A stretch of DNA of 62,366 bases, from IMG/VR virus record IMGVR_UViG_3300020583_000001, positions 1 through 62,366 of that record; one strand, written 5' to 3'. The stretch's first letter is position 1. Each line of letters begins with the position of its first letter. Made by a program: the position numbers and the translations under genes. The notes below the pieces were generated by a model. It had not been told where the DNA came from, made no database searches, and saw nothing but the letters and a program-made list of their open reading frames with translations. This document shows, in pieces, positions 9,066 through 17,880 of this stretch. The DNA comes from a virus. Lineage: Duplodnaviria; Caudoviricetes.

Positions 9066-10879
9066 GGAGTTATGGTCGGAGGGCAGATTCCGCCGTTAAT
9101 CATGTCGTAGCAGAATGCCCACTTGTCGTAATAAAATTTTCTTCCGCTAACTGTGGTCGGTGACGGAATTCCAATACGAGCCGCTTCCGGCAAGTCAGCG
9201 CTGGCCGATCCGTAGAAAGTTGCCAGTACGGTTCCTGTGTCGCTCAAGATTGTCATCGGGCTTGCAGGCTGGACGGTGTAACCGCTGGAATGAGGGTTAA
9301 CCGTCGTAACCGTTATCGTCCCTGACGCCGCCCCGCTGGTACAAGTTGTCGAGGTTGGCTGCACGAATTCAGCCGTCCCCGTACCGGCAATGTAGTAAGG
9401 CGCATTGGGATTAAACGGACAGCCAGACGCAAGCGTAATCGTGTTGGAACCAGCCGATAAAGAGGTTGGAGATGATGGAGATTGCGCTGCAAGCCCTCCG
9501 TTGACCTGCATGTTGAACTTTACCCATGTGCCTGAAGTGTAGGTCAAAGGCGCGGCCACGCCGGGATTCAGACCGTTCAAACAGCTTCCGGCTCCAGCGG
9601 TTGCGCACTCCAGCAATAAAGTAGAGCCATTGGCGATAAGTTGGATGTTGGGCGAGTCTCCCGTACCGTTGGTAACTGTAACTAGTGCGTGCTCAGTCAC
9701 CGTATCGGTCGCCAGCACGGTCGAACAGAAATCCATCGAGGTTGTTGTGGTAGATTGGATCATGTAAGGAAATGTGAGGCTCGCTCCGGGTAAATTCCAC
9801 TGCACGGTAGAGTTCTGCGAGCCGCTATTAGCCAGAGAGAATGCCAATCCAAGCGTGCTACTGTTCGGATAAGTTTGTCCACTGTAAAGAAATCGTGGAG
9901 GAGAGTTTAAGAGTGGATGACTGGCGCTGGTGCAGGAGTCTCCCGTGCTGCCTATATATTCAATGGAACTTCCGGTTGCATCCGTCACTGCGAAATTCCC
10001 GCTATTTGAGGCCGTTCCGTCGATGGCTGCGCCGAATAGCGAACTGTGTAGCGTGGTTGCGGTCGGTTCTACGGTGCTGGTTCCACCACTATTGTCCATC
10101 AGCGCCCACTGCGCAGAAGGAAGGACATTGTAGCCCAGCGCGAACTCAAAGACTCCAGGCTGTCCGTTGCCATTGGCATTTGACCATGTAGGCGTGGCTG
10201 GGGATGACGTGATATTGCTCAACCACGACGTTCCCGTGTAGTTATCGGTGGAATTGGTTGTCGAAAAATTCGTGTTCCACGGCGACGATACCGAACTAGT
10301 GTTACCCGATAGACCAATGATGCAGTCATCGGAACCGCTGATATAAATCGGCACTTGAACCAATGATGTGCTGGTATTATCGGCCAGTGAGTATGCGGAG
10401 ATGGCGTCGATGGCTGCCGTCCCAGAAACATCAGGGACGCGAAAGGCAAACAGGTAAGGGGTTGTTGCGCTGGCGCTAAAGTTTACGGTCAGAGTAGCAC
10501 CAGTGATCGCGCTGGCCGAAGTGATGTAATATGCAGATCGAGTTCCGCCCGCGAAACTGCCGCCGATATACTGGTTTTGCCAAAATGGGATTCGGTAGCC
10601 CGTCTGCCCCGTGACGCTCGTGATGTAGACTCCGCCGCCACTGGAGTTCTCTGACATCAGTACAAGAACATGATCGCCAGAAGCAAGGGTGACACTTGTT
10701 ATCCCAGCCGAACTCCCTGTGGAAGCGCTGTTTGAATAACGGACGATGGTCCCACAGGAGCCGATTATTACAACCGAGCCTCCACCTAATCCAGCTTTGC
10801 CGCCAATGCCTGCGTTGCCACCGATGCCTTGGGACCAAGCAAGCGAACAGAGAAACGGAACGAGCCAAAGTGTTTTCAT
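9062..10879 (-). CDS. Secreted Ser/Thr-rich beta-sandwich (lectin-like) protein
   Basis: Start at 10879 is coupled to the upstream stop (TAATG); signal peptide MKTLWLVPFLCSLAWS. Confidence 0.65.
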   Translation of the reverse strand: MKTLWLVPFLCSLAWSQGIGGNAGIGGKAGLGGGSVVIIGSCGTIVRYSNSASTGSSAGITSVTLASGDHVLVLMSENSSGGGVYITSVTGQTGYRIPFWQNQYIGGSFAGGTRSAYYITSASAITGATLTVNFSASATTPYLFAFRVPDVSGTAAIDAISAYSLADNTSTSLVQVPIYISGSDDCIIGLSGNTSSVSSPWNTNFSTTNSTDNYTGTSWLSNITSSPATPTWSNANGNGQPGVFEFALGYNVLPSAQWALMDNSGGTSTVEPTATTLHSSLFGAAIDGTASNSGNFAVTDATGSSIEYIGSTGDSCTSASHPLLNSPPRFLYSGQTYPNSSTLGLAFSLANSGSQNSTVQWNLPGASLTFPYMIQSTTTTSMDFCSTVLATDTVTEHALVTVTNGTGDSPNIQLIANGSTLLLECATAGAGSCLNGLNPGVAAPLTYTSGTWVKFNMQVNGGLAAQSPSSPTSLSAGSNTITLASGCPFNPNAPYYIAGTGTAEFVQPTSTTCTSGAASGTITVTTVNPHSSGYTVQPASPMTILSDTGTVLATFYGSASADLPEAARIGIPSPTTVSGRKFYYDKWAFCYDMINGGICPPTITP

Positions 10880-13800
10880 TATGGTATGGAGTACTGTGCT
10901 GAAACTATAAATTGATCGAGCGTGCAAGTAGCTCCAGCGGTAGAGATATAAATTCCGATGATGTCTCCTGCCGCGAAGGTCAAAGTTTGCGCCGTGCTTG
11001 TTCCCGTCCCCTTGGTCTGCGTCGTGGAACCAGCCGTTACGGTTGATCCCACGTTGCTAGTTCCGTCGAACACGTTGAAGATTGGGACGGTGGTGCATGT
11101 CCCGCCTAACGATGTAACAACTTGCAGGTTTGTAAAGTGTCCAGCCGCGTTTGCGACCGTCGAAGCGAGGACCGCGTTAACGGCTAGCGTACCTAACACG
11201 CCGACTCCAGAACTCAAGGTGCCACTCGTGGCGCTGATCGTCTCCGTCATCGTGCCGGAGGAGTTAGTATACAGTGGGAATCCCGTTGCTGGCGCACCAG
11301 CAAACACGCGCAACTGCGAGGTCACCGAAGTCGGTGCCATCAAGCAAATCGAGGTCGCGGTATTGCATGGTGCAACGGCTGCGGAGGTTGTCCCTTGAGG
11401 AAAGTCAGCAAAGCCTGCCGTGGTCCCGGTGGCGGTAAAAACCGGGGCTGCTAATCCACCTGTGCCTGTATAGGTAGCCGTCGTGCCAGTGTCGGTCAGC
11501 AGCGAATTTGCCAGTAGGGTATTGCCCGAAGCGATAACAGCTTTAGGAATTACATTCGTTGTAGGCGCTGAAGCGAAGTTGGCAAAGATGGAATCTGCTC
11601 CATTTACATATCCGTGAAAATTCTTATTTGTCGTGTCGAAGTCAATTACTCCAGCCGCGCTAGCCGTGTTGGTCGTAGTCTGCGGAACCTTAAAAGCCGC
11701 TGTTCCGGTAGCCGCGCTCAGATCAAAGATCGTGTTAGCGGTTCCACTGAACGTGTGGGTAGCATAAGTAAGGTCTGCCGCACCAGTCAAGGCCGCGCCC
11801 GATCCGCCACTTACTGCCATTTGTCCAGATGTTGCCGATTCAACCGCGCAGGTAGAACCAAGAGTACAGGTCTGACCGTTCACGGTTGTAGCCGAGTTGG
11901 TTAGTGCGCCGTTCGGTATCCCCGTGAAGTTTGTTCCCGTCAGCGTTGGAGCCGTATTGCAGGAAAATCCAGTCGTGGTCGAGAATTGCATGACCCCGGT
12001 GCAGCCAGGGAATGCCGCAAAGGTCGGAAAGTAAATCCGGTCCCAGTTGGTCGCCGCATCGGAGTACACGAAGCTGGCGAAGTTGTTCAGGATCGTGCAA
12101 GTGGAAGCGCCATCGCACAGATCGGAATGGCCCGCGTTTGGCGTGAGTGTGATGGTCGCGCCTTCGGTATTTCTCAGAGCGAAACCGTCGTTATTGGTGA
12201 ATCCCGATGAGGCTAACGATGGCAGCGCCAAGGCGGTTCCTGAAGTCCAAGACAGAAAGTTAAATCGGTCGGTGGCGAGCAATGTAGCTGGATTTGTGGC
12301 ATCAATCGGAACGCCCGCCAACTGCAACACCGGAGCCGTGGCGGCTCCTCCTGACGGAGTGCTCACCATGAATTGAGGCACACCATTCGGAGTAGTCGGC
12401 GGAGTTGTGCTTCCAAGGGTGGAAGTGGTTGCCCAGTAAGCGGGAGCGTATTGAGTTCCCGTTCCCGGCCCGCCAGAACCACAGCCTGAACAGCTCACTA
12501 CCGTCAGCGCTCCCGCAGAGGTCAGCGATGCGTTCGATCCCAAGCTAAGAGTGCTGGCAGTGCTATTGATCGTTACCGCGAACGTGCCCGAGGTCGATCC
12601 ATTCAGATTGAGAGAGTTCGCATTCCACGCTCCGATGGTCCCGTCGAACGCCGTTGGCTGATCATACTCTCCGACCGTGCAGCCCGATGCAGGGCATCCC
12701 GACGCGGACGAGGTGATTGTCTGTCCGGCTGTGCCGTCGTCCTGCACGATCTTGGTGCTGTTGGCGATGACGCTGGCATTGTAGACGTGGCTGCCAGTCT
12801 GTCCTGAGTAGAAGTGGACCGCTGCTGTATTCGCTGCGCCAGCCATGTTGGCTGTCGATACGTTCTGGATGATAACGCCGTTGCCGCCGTTGAGCGAGCC
12901 GACTTCAATCCCGTTGTTGTCGAACTCGCAGTGCGGATTCATCACATGCAGGCGAAGGAACCCGTCATAGAAGCCGCAATCGTGGAATGCCTGAAAGGTG
13001 CCGATGGCCTTGCCGGTGACCGTGCCTTGATCGAAAGGATTGTTTCCAGAGTCGCCCAGGTTGCCTCGGATAATATCGTAAGCCTCTAGTACCCAAGGAT
13101 AACCCTCGGTGTTGGCCGCACTGGCGATATAGCTTGGCCCGGTCGTGCAATCTCCGGTATAAAACTGGTAATGCGCTGGTCCCGCTTCACCCGTGAAATT
13201 GAATGTCCGATCCCACATTCCACACGCGCTGATCGCAGCCGTAGCCGTTTCTCCGGTGCAGCCTGCCGAGCCGGGATTGCAGCCCGCCGATCCGCCGTTG
13301 TTCCAGTTGCCGGAGTTCAGCACCACATGATTGGCAAAATAGCGGTCACGTTCCTGCGTGCCGTTATAAAGAATGCCGATACCAAGCGGCAAGCCTTCGA
13401 GATCGACGCCAAAGTCCTGCAAGACGCTGCCGAAAGAATTGGTCTGATAGGAATCGTTAGTGATCTGTCCCGCCCATGACAGCACCGGGATCGCGGTTGG
13501 ATGGTAAATTTTATAAACCAGTCCGGCGGTCGCAGTTGGGCATACCACGCCGGGATTGTTTCCCTCCGTTCCCCAGTTGCCAGAGATAGTAATCGAAGTG
13601 GTCGAGGTGAACCCGGTAATGAGCGCGGAGCAGGCATTGGTTGCGTTGGGGCAAGTGGCGGTAAGGCTGCTGGAAGTCGCACAACTCGTCAGGTAGCCGC
13701 CGACCATTCCACTGGTGAAGGTTGTGCCGGAGCCAGTGACGATAGGATTGTTTCCCGCTGCAACACTGATGGTTCCGGTTGAATAAGGAGATGCGTCAAG

Positions 13801-16257
13801 GAACGGCCCGCCAACAGCTCGTGTGGTTGTGGTGGGATATTGCGTGTAAGCGCTGGGGCCACAAGTAGCCGCCGGAGTCTGCGGTGAGTAGCAGACGATC
13901 AGCCACGTTCCCACCGGCCCCTTGGATGCGCCGCTAGTCACGCCGATCCATTGCCGCGCACCGGCAGGCGTGGTCCACGGGGCGCTGGTCACGATCCAGT
14001 AGTTACCCCAATAGATTGTTTCCTCAAATCCCGAGCCTAGCCCCGCACTGATGTCGGAATCGGAGAATACGCATTGTTGCTGCGAGCCTCCGCCCAGACA
14101 ATAAGTGCTGCCAGTGGATGCGAACGCGCCGGGGTTGCGGGTATCAATGATATATCCAGGACCAAGGTTACCCATCAAGGTGCTTAGAGCAAGCGCGAAA
14201 TCGGCGGTCGCAACCGGGACGGTTCCGCACAATGCCACCGTGCAATCACGGATATCGAAGATCGGCTTGGTCTGCGCGATGGGAGCCGCGCCTACCGTAG
14301 GACTGGGAACGAAGAGGCTGCCAGCAGGGACGGTTAGTGCTGCGAGATTGGTTCCAGTTGTGAAATAGGGAAATTGATTCGCGGTCGGGGGGCCGCTGCT
14401 GGTTACCGTGCCGCTGCCGCTCGGCGCGTTCCATGTTCCGTCTCCACGCAGAAACGTTGTGCTAGATGGTGTTCCACTGGCATTGATATCGGCTACGGTC
14501 ACTAAAGCTGTGCAAACACTGGATAGATTTTTGCTGGCATCGGTGCAGATGGGAAGTGAGGCTGTCAGGCCGCTGTCATTGAAAAGCGGCGCTGCTACTG
14601 AAGTCCCGGCAGTGGCCGCACCCCCGATGCTGAAGGCGTGCGTGACTAAATTGTCTACAAAGAAATTGGCGGCACCATTGGCGGTATAGGTTGCCGCTGA
14701 TCCGTTGTACGACCATGCGGCGGTTCCATATAAGCGGTTGCCCACATCGTAAACGTCATCTACGATGGCGAACGTTCCAGCATCATGTTCCGATGCCATC
14801 ATGTTAACCGTAAGCGCAGTCAGAACATTGCTGCTTCCGCCGATAACGTCGATTCCATACTGGGTCTGCTCATAATTTAACTGCCCAATGTTCATCCCCG
14901 GCGAAATCCCGCTTCCTGTGGGATTATTGATCACGACGCAAACTTCATCGTAACCACAAATAAGGTGTTGCACGGCAGCGTGTTCAACTAACGTCAAAGC
15001 GGTAGTAAAGCCATCAGCCCGCAATGTTCCGATGTCGATCAGGTCGGGATTCCCGGCACCGGGAGCGATCACGCATACACCGCCTGCGGTCGGAACTGCC
15101 ACAGGGACGCTGCCCACATCGCAACTATTGAACCCCGGCATCGAGAGTTGGCCGATGGCTACTGCGTTGATCGCGCTGTAAATTGGATTAACCGTCCTAC
15201 GAAATGCGATTCCATTGACGATCAACTTTACGGCAGTGTAACCACTGTTTCCGCCCGTGGATGATCCAGCGCCCGCGATTAGATCGCAACCCGTGCTAGC
15301 GGTTTGAATCACCGTGCCGCCTTGGGCTGCCCCGTTATCTAAATTTAGCGCGGGCGTGAGGCCTTCGATGTCTACAACTGCGAATGGAGTATCGACGAAA
15401 GTTGCGGTGTTGATTGTTGGAACCAGAATCATCGAGGTTGCGGCATTGGAGGTCTGACAAGCGGTGTTTACATTGAATACCCCGGAGGGTAGAAGAATCT
15501 TTGCTTCGGTCGATATCGTAGCCGTGCTAACTGCCGCTTGCAGTGCAGCGCCATCATCGTGATAAACACCTTTACCTGCAGTGGTTGGCGCAGAACTGCA
15601 AGCCGGGGAGATAGTCAGATTCCCCGTCGCGACCGCTGTGATCTTGCTCACGCAATCACTCGTACTCGACCCCGGACAGTGTTGTGTTCCGGTTGCGCCT
15701 GCACCGACGATACACACTCCCTGATTTACTGCAAAGTCAGTGATCGAGGCGACATTAATCGAAGTTGTGGTACTGGCTGTACCAGAAATAGTAGTGCTAA
15801 GATTCGCGCCGGAAGAAGCGACGAGCGCTGACGATGGAATGGAAACAGTTGGATTGATCGGACCTGAAACTAGGTTCTGCGCCGAAATTGCCGAGATACT
15901 AGAAATGGTTCCCGTTCCGCTAGTTGCGAGGGATGACCCGCTGCCCACCGTCATTGCCGCTCCGGTATTCGTCCCTGAGCCAATCGCACTGAAGGCTGGG
16001 GCGGATGCCGATGATCCGGCAAAGGCCCAAGCGCTGCCGGTGTAGATGCAGGCGACTGCCGTGGTTCCGCCACCTACAGTGCAATCGCTGGCGGTTGAAC
16101 CATCGGATACCGTGGCGAAGGTTCCGCGAGACTTCCCGGTGGGTAGGGTGGCAACCGTGTAAGGAGTGAGTCCGGCGTTGCCGCCGCTGCTGCTCGACTG
16201 TGCGACGGCTATACCTGATAATAGAAGCGCGGCGAGGAATAGCTTTAAGTGTTTCAT
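10879..16257 (-). CDS. Giant tail fibre/tailspike-like protein with a signal peptide
   Basis: 1792 aa; signal peptide MKHLKLFLAALLLSGIAVA; tailspike motif DDGAALQAAV...LLPSG; fibre motifs YTVATLP and SSTTFLRGDGTW. Confidence 0.7.
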   Translation of the reverse strand: MKHLKLFLAALLLSGIAVAQSSSSGGNAGLTPYTVATLPTGKSRGTFATVSDGSTASDCTVGGGTTAVACIYTGSAWAFAGSSASAPAFSAIGSGTNTGAAMTVGSGSSLATSGTGTISSISAISAQNLVSGPINPTVSIPSSALVASSGANLSTTISGTASTTTSINVASITDFAVNQGVCIVGAGATGTQHCPGSSTSDCVSKITAVATGNLTISPACSSAPTTAGKGVYHDDGAALQAAVSTATISTEAKILLPSGVFNVNTACQTSNAATSMILVPTINTATFVDTPFAVVDIEGLTPALNLDNGAAQGGTVIQTASTGCDLIAGAGSSTGGNSGYTAVKLIVNGIAFRRTVNPIYSAINAVAIGQLSMPGFNSCDVGSVPVAVPTAGGVCVIAPGAGNPDLIDIGTLRADGFTTALTLVEHAAVQHLICGYDEVCVVINNPTGSGISPGMNIGQLNYEQTQYGIDVIGGSSNVLTALTVNMMASEHDAGTFAIVDDVYDVGNRLYGTAAWSYNGSAATYTANGAANFFVDNLVTHAFSIGGAATAGTSVAAPLFNDSGLTASLPICTDASKNLSSVCTALVTVADINASGTPSSTTFLRGDGTWNAPSGSGTVTSSGPPTANQFPYFTTGTNLAALTVPAGSLFVPSPTVGAAPIAQTKPIFDIRDCTVALCGTVPVATADFALALSTLMGNLGPGYIIDTRNPGAFASTGSTYCLGGGSQQQCVFSDSDISAGLGSGFEETIYWGNYWIVTSAPWTTPAGARQWIGVTSGASKGPVGTWLIVCYSPQTPAATCGPSAYTQYPTTTTRAVGGPFLDASPYSTGTISVAAGNNPIVTGSGTTFTSGMVGGYLTSCATSSSLTATCPNATNACSALITGFTSTTSITISGNWGTEGNNPGVVCPTATAGLVYKIYHPTAIPVLSWAGQITNDSYQTNSFGSVLQDFGVDLEGLPLGIGILYNGTQERDRYFANHVVLNSGNWNNGGSAGCNPGSAGCTGETATAAISACGMWDRTFNFTGEAGPAHYQFYTGDCTTGPSYIASAANTEGYPWVLEAYDIIRGNLGDSGNNPFDQGTVTGKAIGTFQAFHDCGFYDGFLRLHVMNPHCEFDNNGIEVGSLNGGNGVIIQNVSTANMAGAANTAAVHFYSGQTGSHVYNASVIANSTKIVQDDGTAGQTITSSASGCPASGCTVGEYDQPTAFDGTIGAWNANSLNLNGSTSGTFAVTINSTASTLSLGSNASLTSAGALTVVSCSGCGSGGPGTGTQYAPAYWATTSTLGSTTPPTTPNGVPQFMVSTPSGGAATAPVLQLAGVPIDATNPATLLATDRFNFLSWTSGTALALPSLASSGFTNNDGFALRNTEGATITLTPNAGHSDLCDGASTCTILNNFASFVYSDAATNWDRIYFPTFAAFPGCTGVMQFSTTTGFSCNTAPTLTGTNFTGIPNGALTNSATTVNGQTCTLGSTCAVESATSGQMAVSGGSGAALTGAADLTYATHTFSGTANTIFDLSAATGTAAFKVPQTTTNTASAAGVIDFDTTNKNFHGYVNGADSIFANFASAPTTNVIPKAVIASGNTLLANSLLTDTGTTATYTGTGGLAAPVFTATGTTAGFADFPQGTTSAAVAPCNTATSICLMAPTSVTSQLRVFAGAPATGFPLYTNSSGTMTETISATSGTLSSGVGVLGTLAVNAVLASTVANAAGHFTNLQVVTSLGGTCTTVPIFNVFDGTSNVGSTVTAGSTTQTKGTGTSTAQTLTFAAGDIIGIYISTAGATCTLDQFIVSAQYSIP

Positions 16258-16700
16258 GCGATTATCAGTGTGACCAGAGCGCTGTCTCCAGCCGTATCTG
16301 CGTCAACAAAATATCTGTAAGGAGAGAACACGTTCCGCTCCAGCGGTGCAGACGACAGAAACAGATTCGCGCCAGGGGCGAGAGAGAACACCATCGCGCC
16401 ATAGTCATCGCGGTTACCTGCGCCTTGCACGCCTTTACGGACGATGTAGATATTACCGGTGTTATTCTGCACGCCATGCGATGCCCCAGCCTTGACCGCC
16501 TGGAAGATGATCTGCTGCACTGAGGGGGAATATTCATACTCGCCAGCGGTCCCGGTAGTGGTAGCAGTGTTCGGCGCGTTGACGCTCGCGGAATCGACCA
16601 GCGACATGATCGACACTGGAGTGCCGGGGGTGGCCACGACGATCATACCCAACGGCCAATCAGGTCCAAATTGATCGAGCATTACGGATTGAGTTGGCAA
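16254..16700 (-). CDS. Hypothetical virion-associated beta-rich protein
   Basis: GAGGAGG RBS before TTG 16700; motif NTGNIYI. Confidence 0.7.
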   Translation of the reverse strand: MPTQSVMLDQFGPDWPLGMIVVATPGTPVSIMSLVDSASVNAPNTATTTGTAGEYEYSPSVQQIIFQAVKAGASHGVQNNTGNIYIVRKGVQGAGNRDDYGAMVFSLAPGANLFLSSAPLERNVFSPYRYFVDADTAGDSALVTLIIA

Positions 16701-16712
16701 TTTATCCTCCTC

Positions 16713-16748
16713 AAATAACAAAGGCTCATGGACGAATCCATGAGCCTT
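16713..16748 (-). terminator. Intrinsic terminator/attenuator hairpin
   Basis: Perfect 12-bp stem AAGGCTCATGGA-TTCG-TCCATGAGCCTT followed by TGTTATTT. Confidence 0.75.
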
Positions 16749-16790
16749 CTGGTGGGCCTCGCAGCCCCAGCAAGAATCTCTGTCCGTGCC

Positions 16791-16800
16791 AGCCTACCAC
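16791..16800 (-). promoter_or_regulatory. Putative extended -10 promoter GTGGTAGGCT
   Basis: Same 10-mer as 2479-2488; heads a structured leader. Confidence 0.45.
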
Positions 16801-16801
16801 A

Positions 16802-17089
16802 TTACACAGGTATCACCCAAGTGATATCGCCACTTTTACTATCGTAAGTGAGGACAGGTATCTTAGATAGCGTTGCCACACTTGCGCCGGATGTTGGTGG
16901 GATTCCACGGACGTTTAGGCCCGCTATCTTGGTAGTTGATGGCCCCCCAGCAGCGGGCGTAGCAGGCTTATCCTCCGCTGGTTTAGCCGCTCGTGTCTGG
17001 TCCTCCATCTTGTAAATCTTGTCGTACAGCAATCGCAGGTCTTCGTCCAAACGCTTGCCGTGGCCTTGGGGATAGTAACGCTCGGTCAT
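16802..17089 (-). CDS. Hypothetical protein
   Basis: 95-aa ORF coupled to the upstream gene (ATGA). Confidence 0.7.
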   Translation of the reverse strand: MTERYYPQGHGKRLDEDLRLLYDKIYKMEDQTRAAKPAEDKPATPAAGGPSTTKIAGLNVRGIPPTSGASVATLSKIPVLTYDSKSGDITWVIPV

Positions 17090-17880
17090 CGCGGCACCAT
17101 CGGATAGGAGTCATCCGGCAGGAAATAAACATTCCCGTGCTCATCCCAGTGTCCCGGCAGCACTCCGCCGTGCGCCAGGATTCGCATCCCGGCTTCTCGC
17201 ACCTTGCGGCAGAAGTAGATATCGTCGGTCATCTGGTAGTAAGGAGGATTCGACACTGGCGACAACAGATTGTGCTCCCGCGCCTGCTCTGTCGATTCGA
17301 TATCCACGAACCACGGCTTGGGAATACGGGCGAACGCCGAGGCGCGGATCATCATGCAGCCGGTGGCAATGCGCTCGCACTCGAACACATCGCCTTTCTT
17401 CCATTTCCAGAATGATCCCACCGATTCCCCTTGGAATACGAGCGGCGCGGAGGGATTGGTCTTGGTACCGTAAATTCCAGCACAGACTGCTACATCGTCA
17501 TCGGATGAATCCATCACCTGCAACAATTTATAGAGAGTGTCCGGTGGCGGCGGGTTGTCGTCATCGAGGAATAGCACGTAGCGAGTATTATAGCTTAGAG
17601 CTTGTTCGACCAGCTCGTTCCGCGCCCGGTCGCGCTTGGCTCCTTTGATCGTCAGGTATATCTGATTGGTATTGGGTGGGCATTGCAGGAGTGCGAGCGC
17701 AATCCCCCATTCCGGCGGGCAGTAGCGCCCTGACGATGGGATGCAGATGGCAACCGTGACCGTTCGCGGAACCGCTCCAGTCAGCGTCCACAGCACCGTT
17801 GCAAGCGGCTTATCCGCACTGCCATCCCTCGCACAGCCTTGCAGCATTACCTCTCCAATATCCATCAACTTGATCGTCAT
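17086..17880 (-). CDS. Glycosyltransferase family 2 (GT-A fold)
   Basis: ARNELV, VLFLDDD (DXD), ATGCMMIR and DDIYFC motifs. Confidence 0.85.
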   Translation of the reverse strand: MTIKLMDIGEVMLQGCARDGSADKPLATVLWTLTGAVPRTVTVAICIPSSGRYCPPEWGIALALLQCPPNTNQIYLTIKGAKRDRARNELVEQALSYNTRYVLFLDDDNPPPPDTLYKLLQVMDSSDDDVAVCAGIYGTKTNPSAPLVFQGESVGSFWKWKKGDVFECERIATGCMMIRASAFARIPKPWFVDIESTEQAREHNLLSPVSNPPYYQMTDDIYFCRKVREAGMRILAHGGVLPGHWDEHGNVYFLPDDSYPMVPR

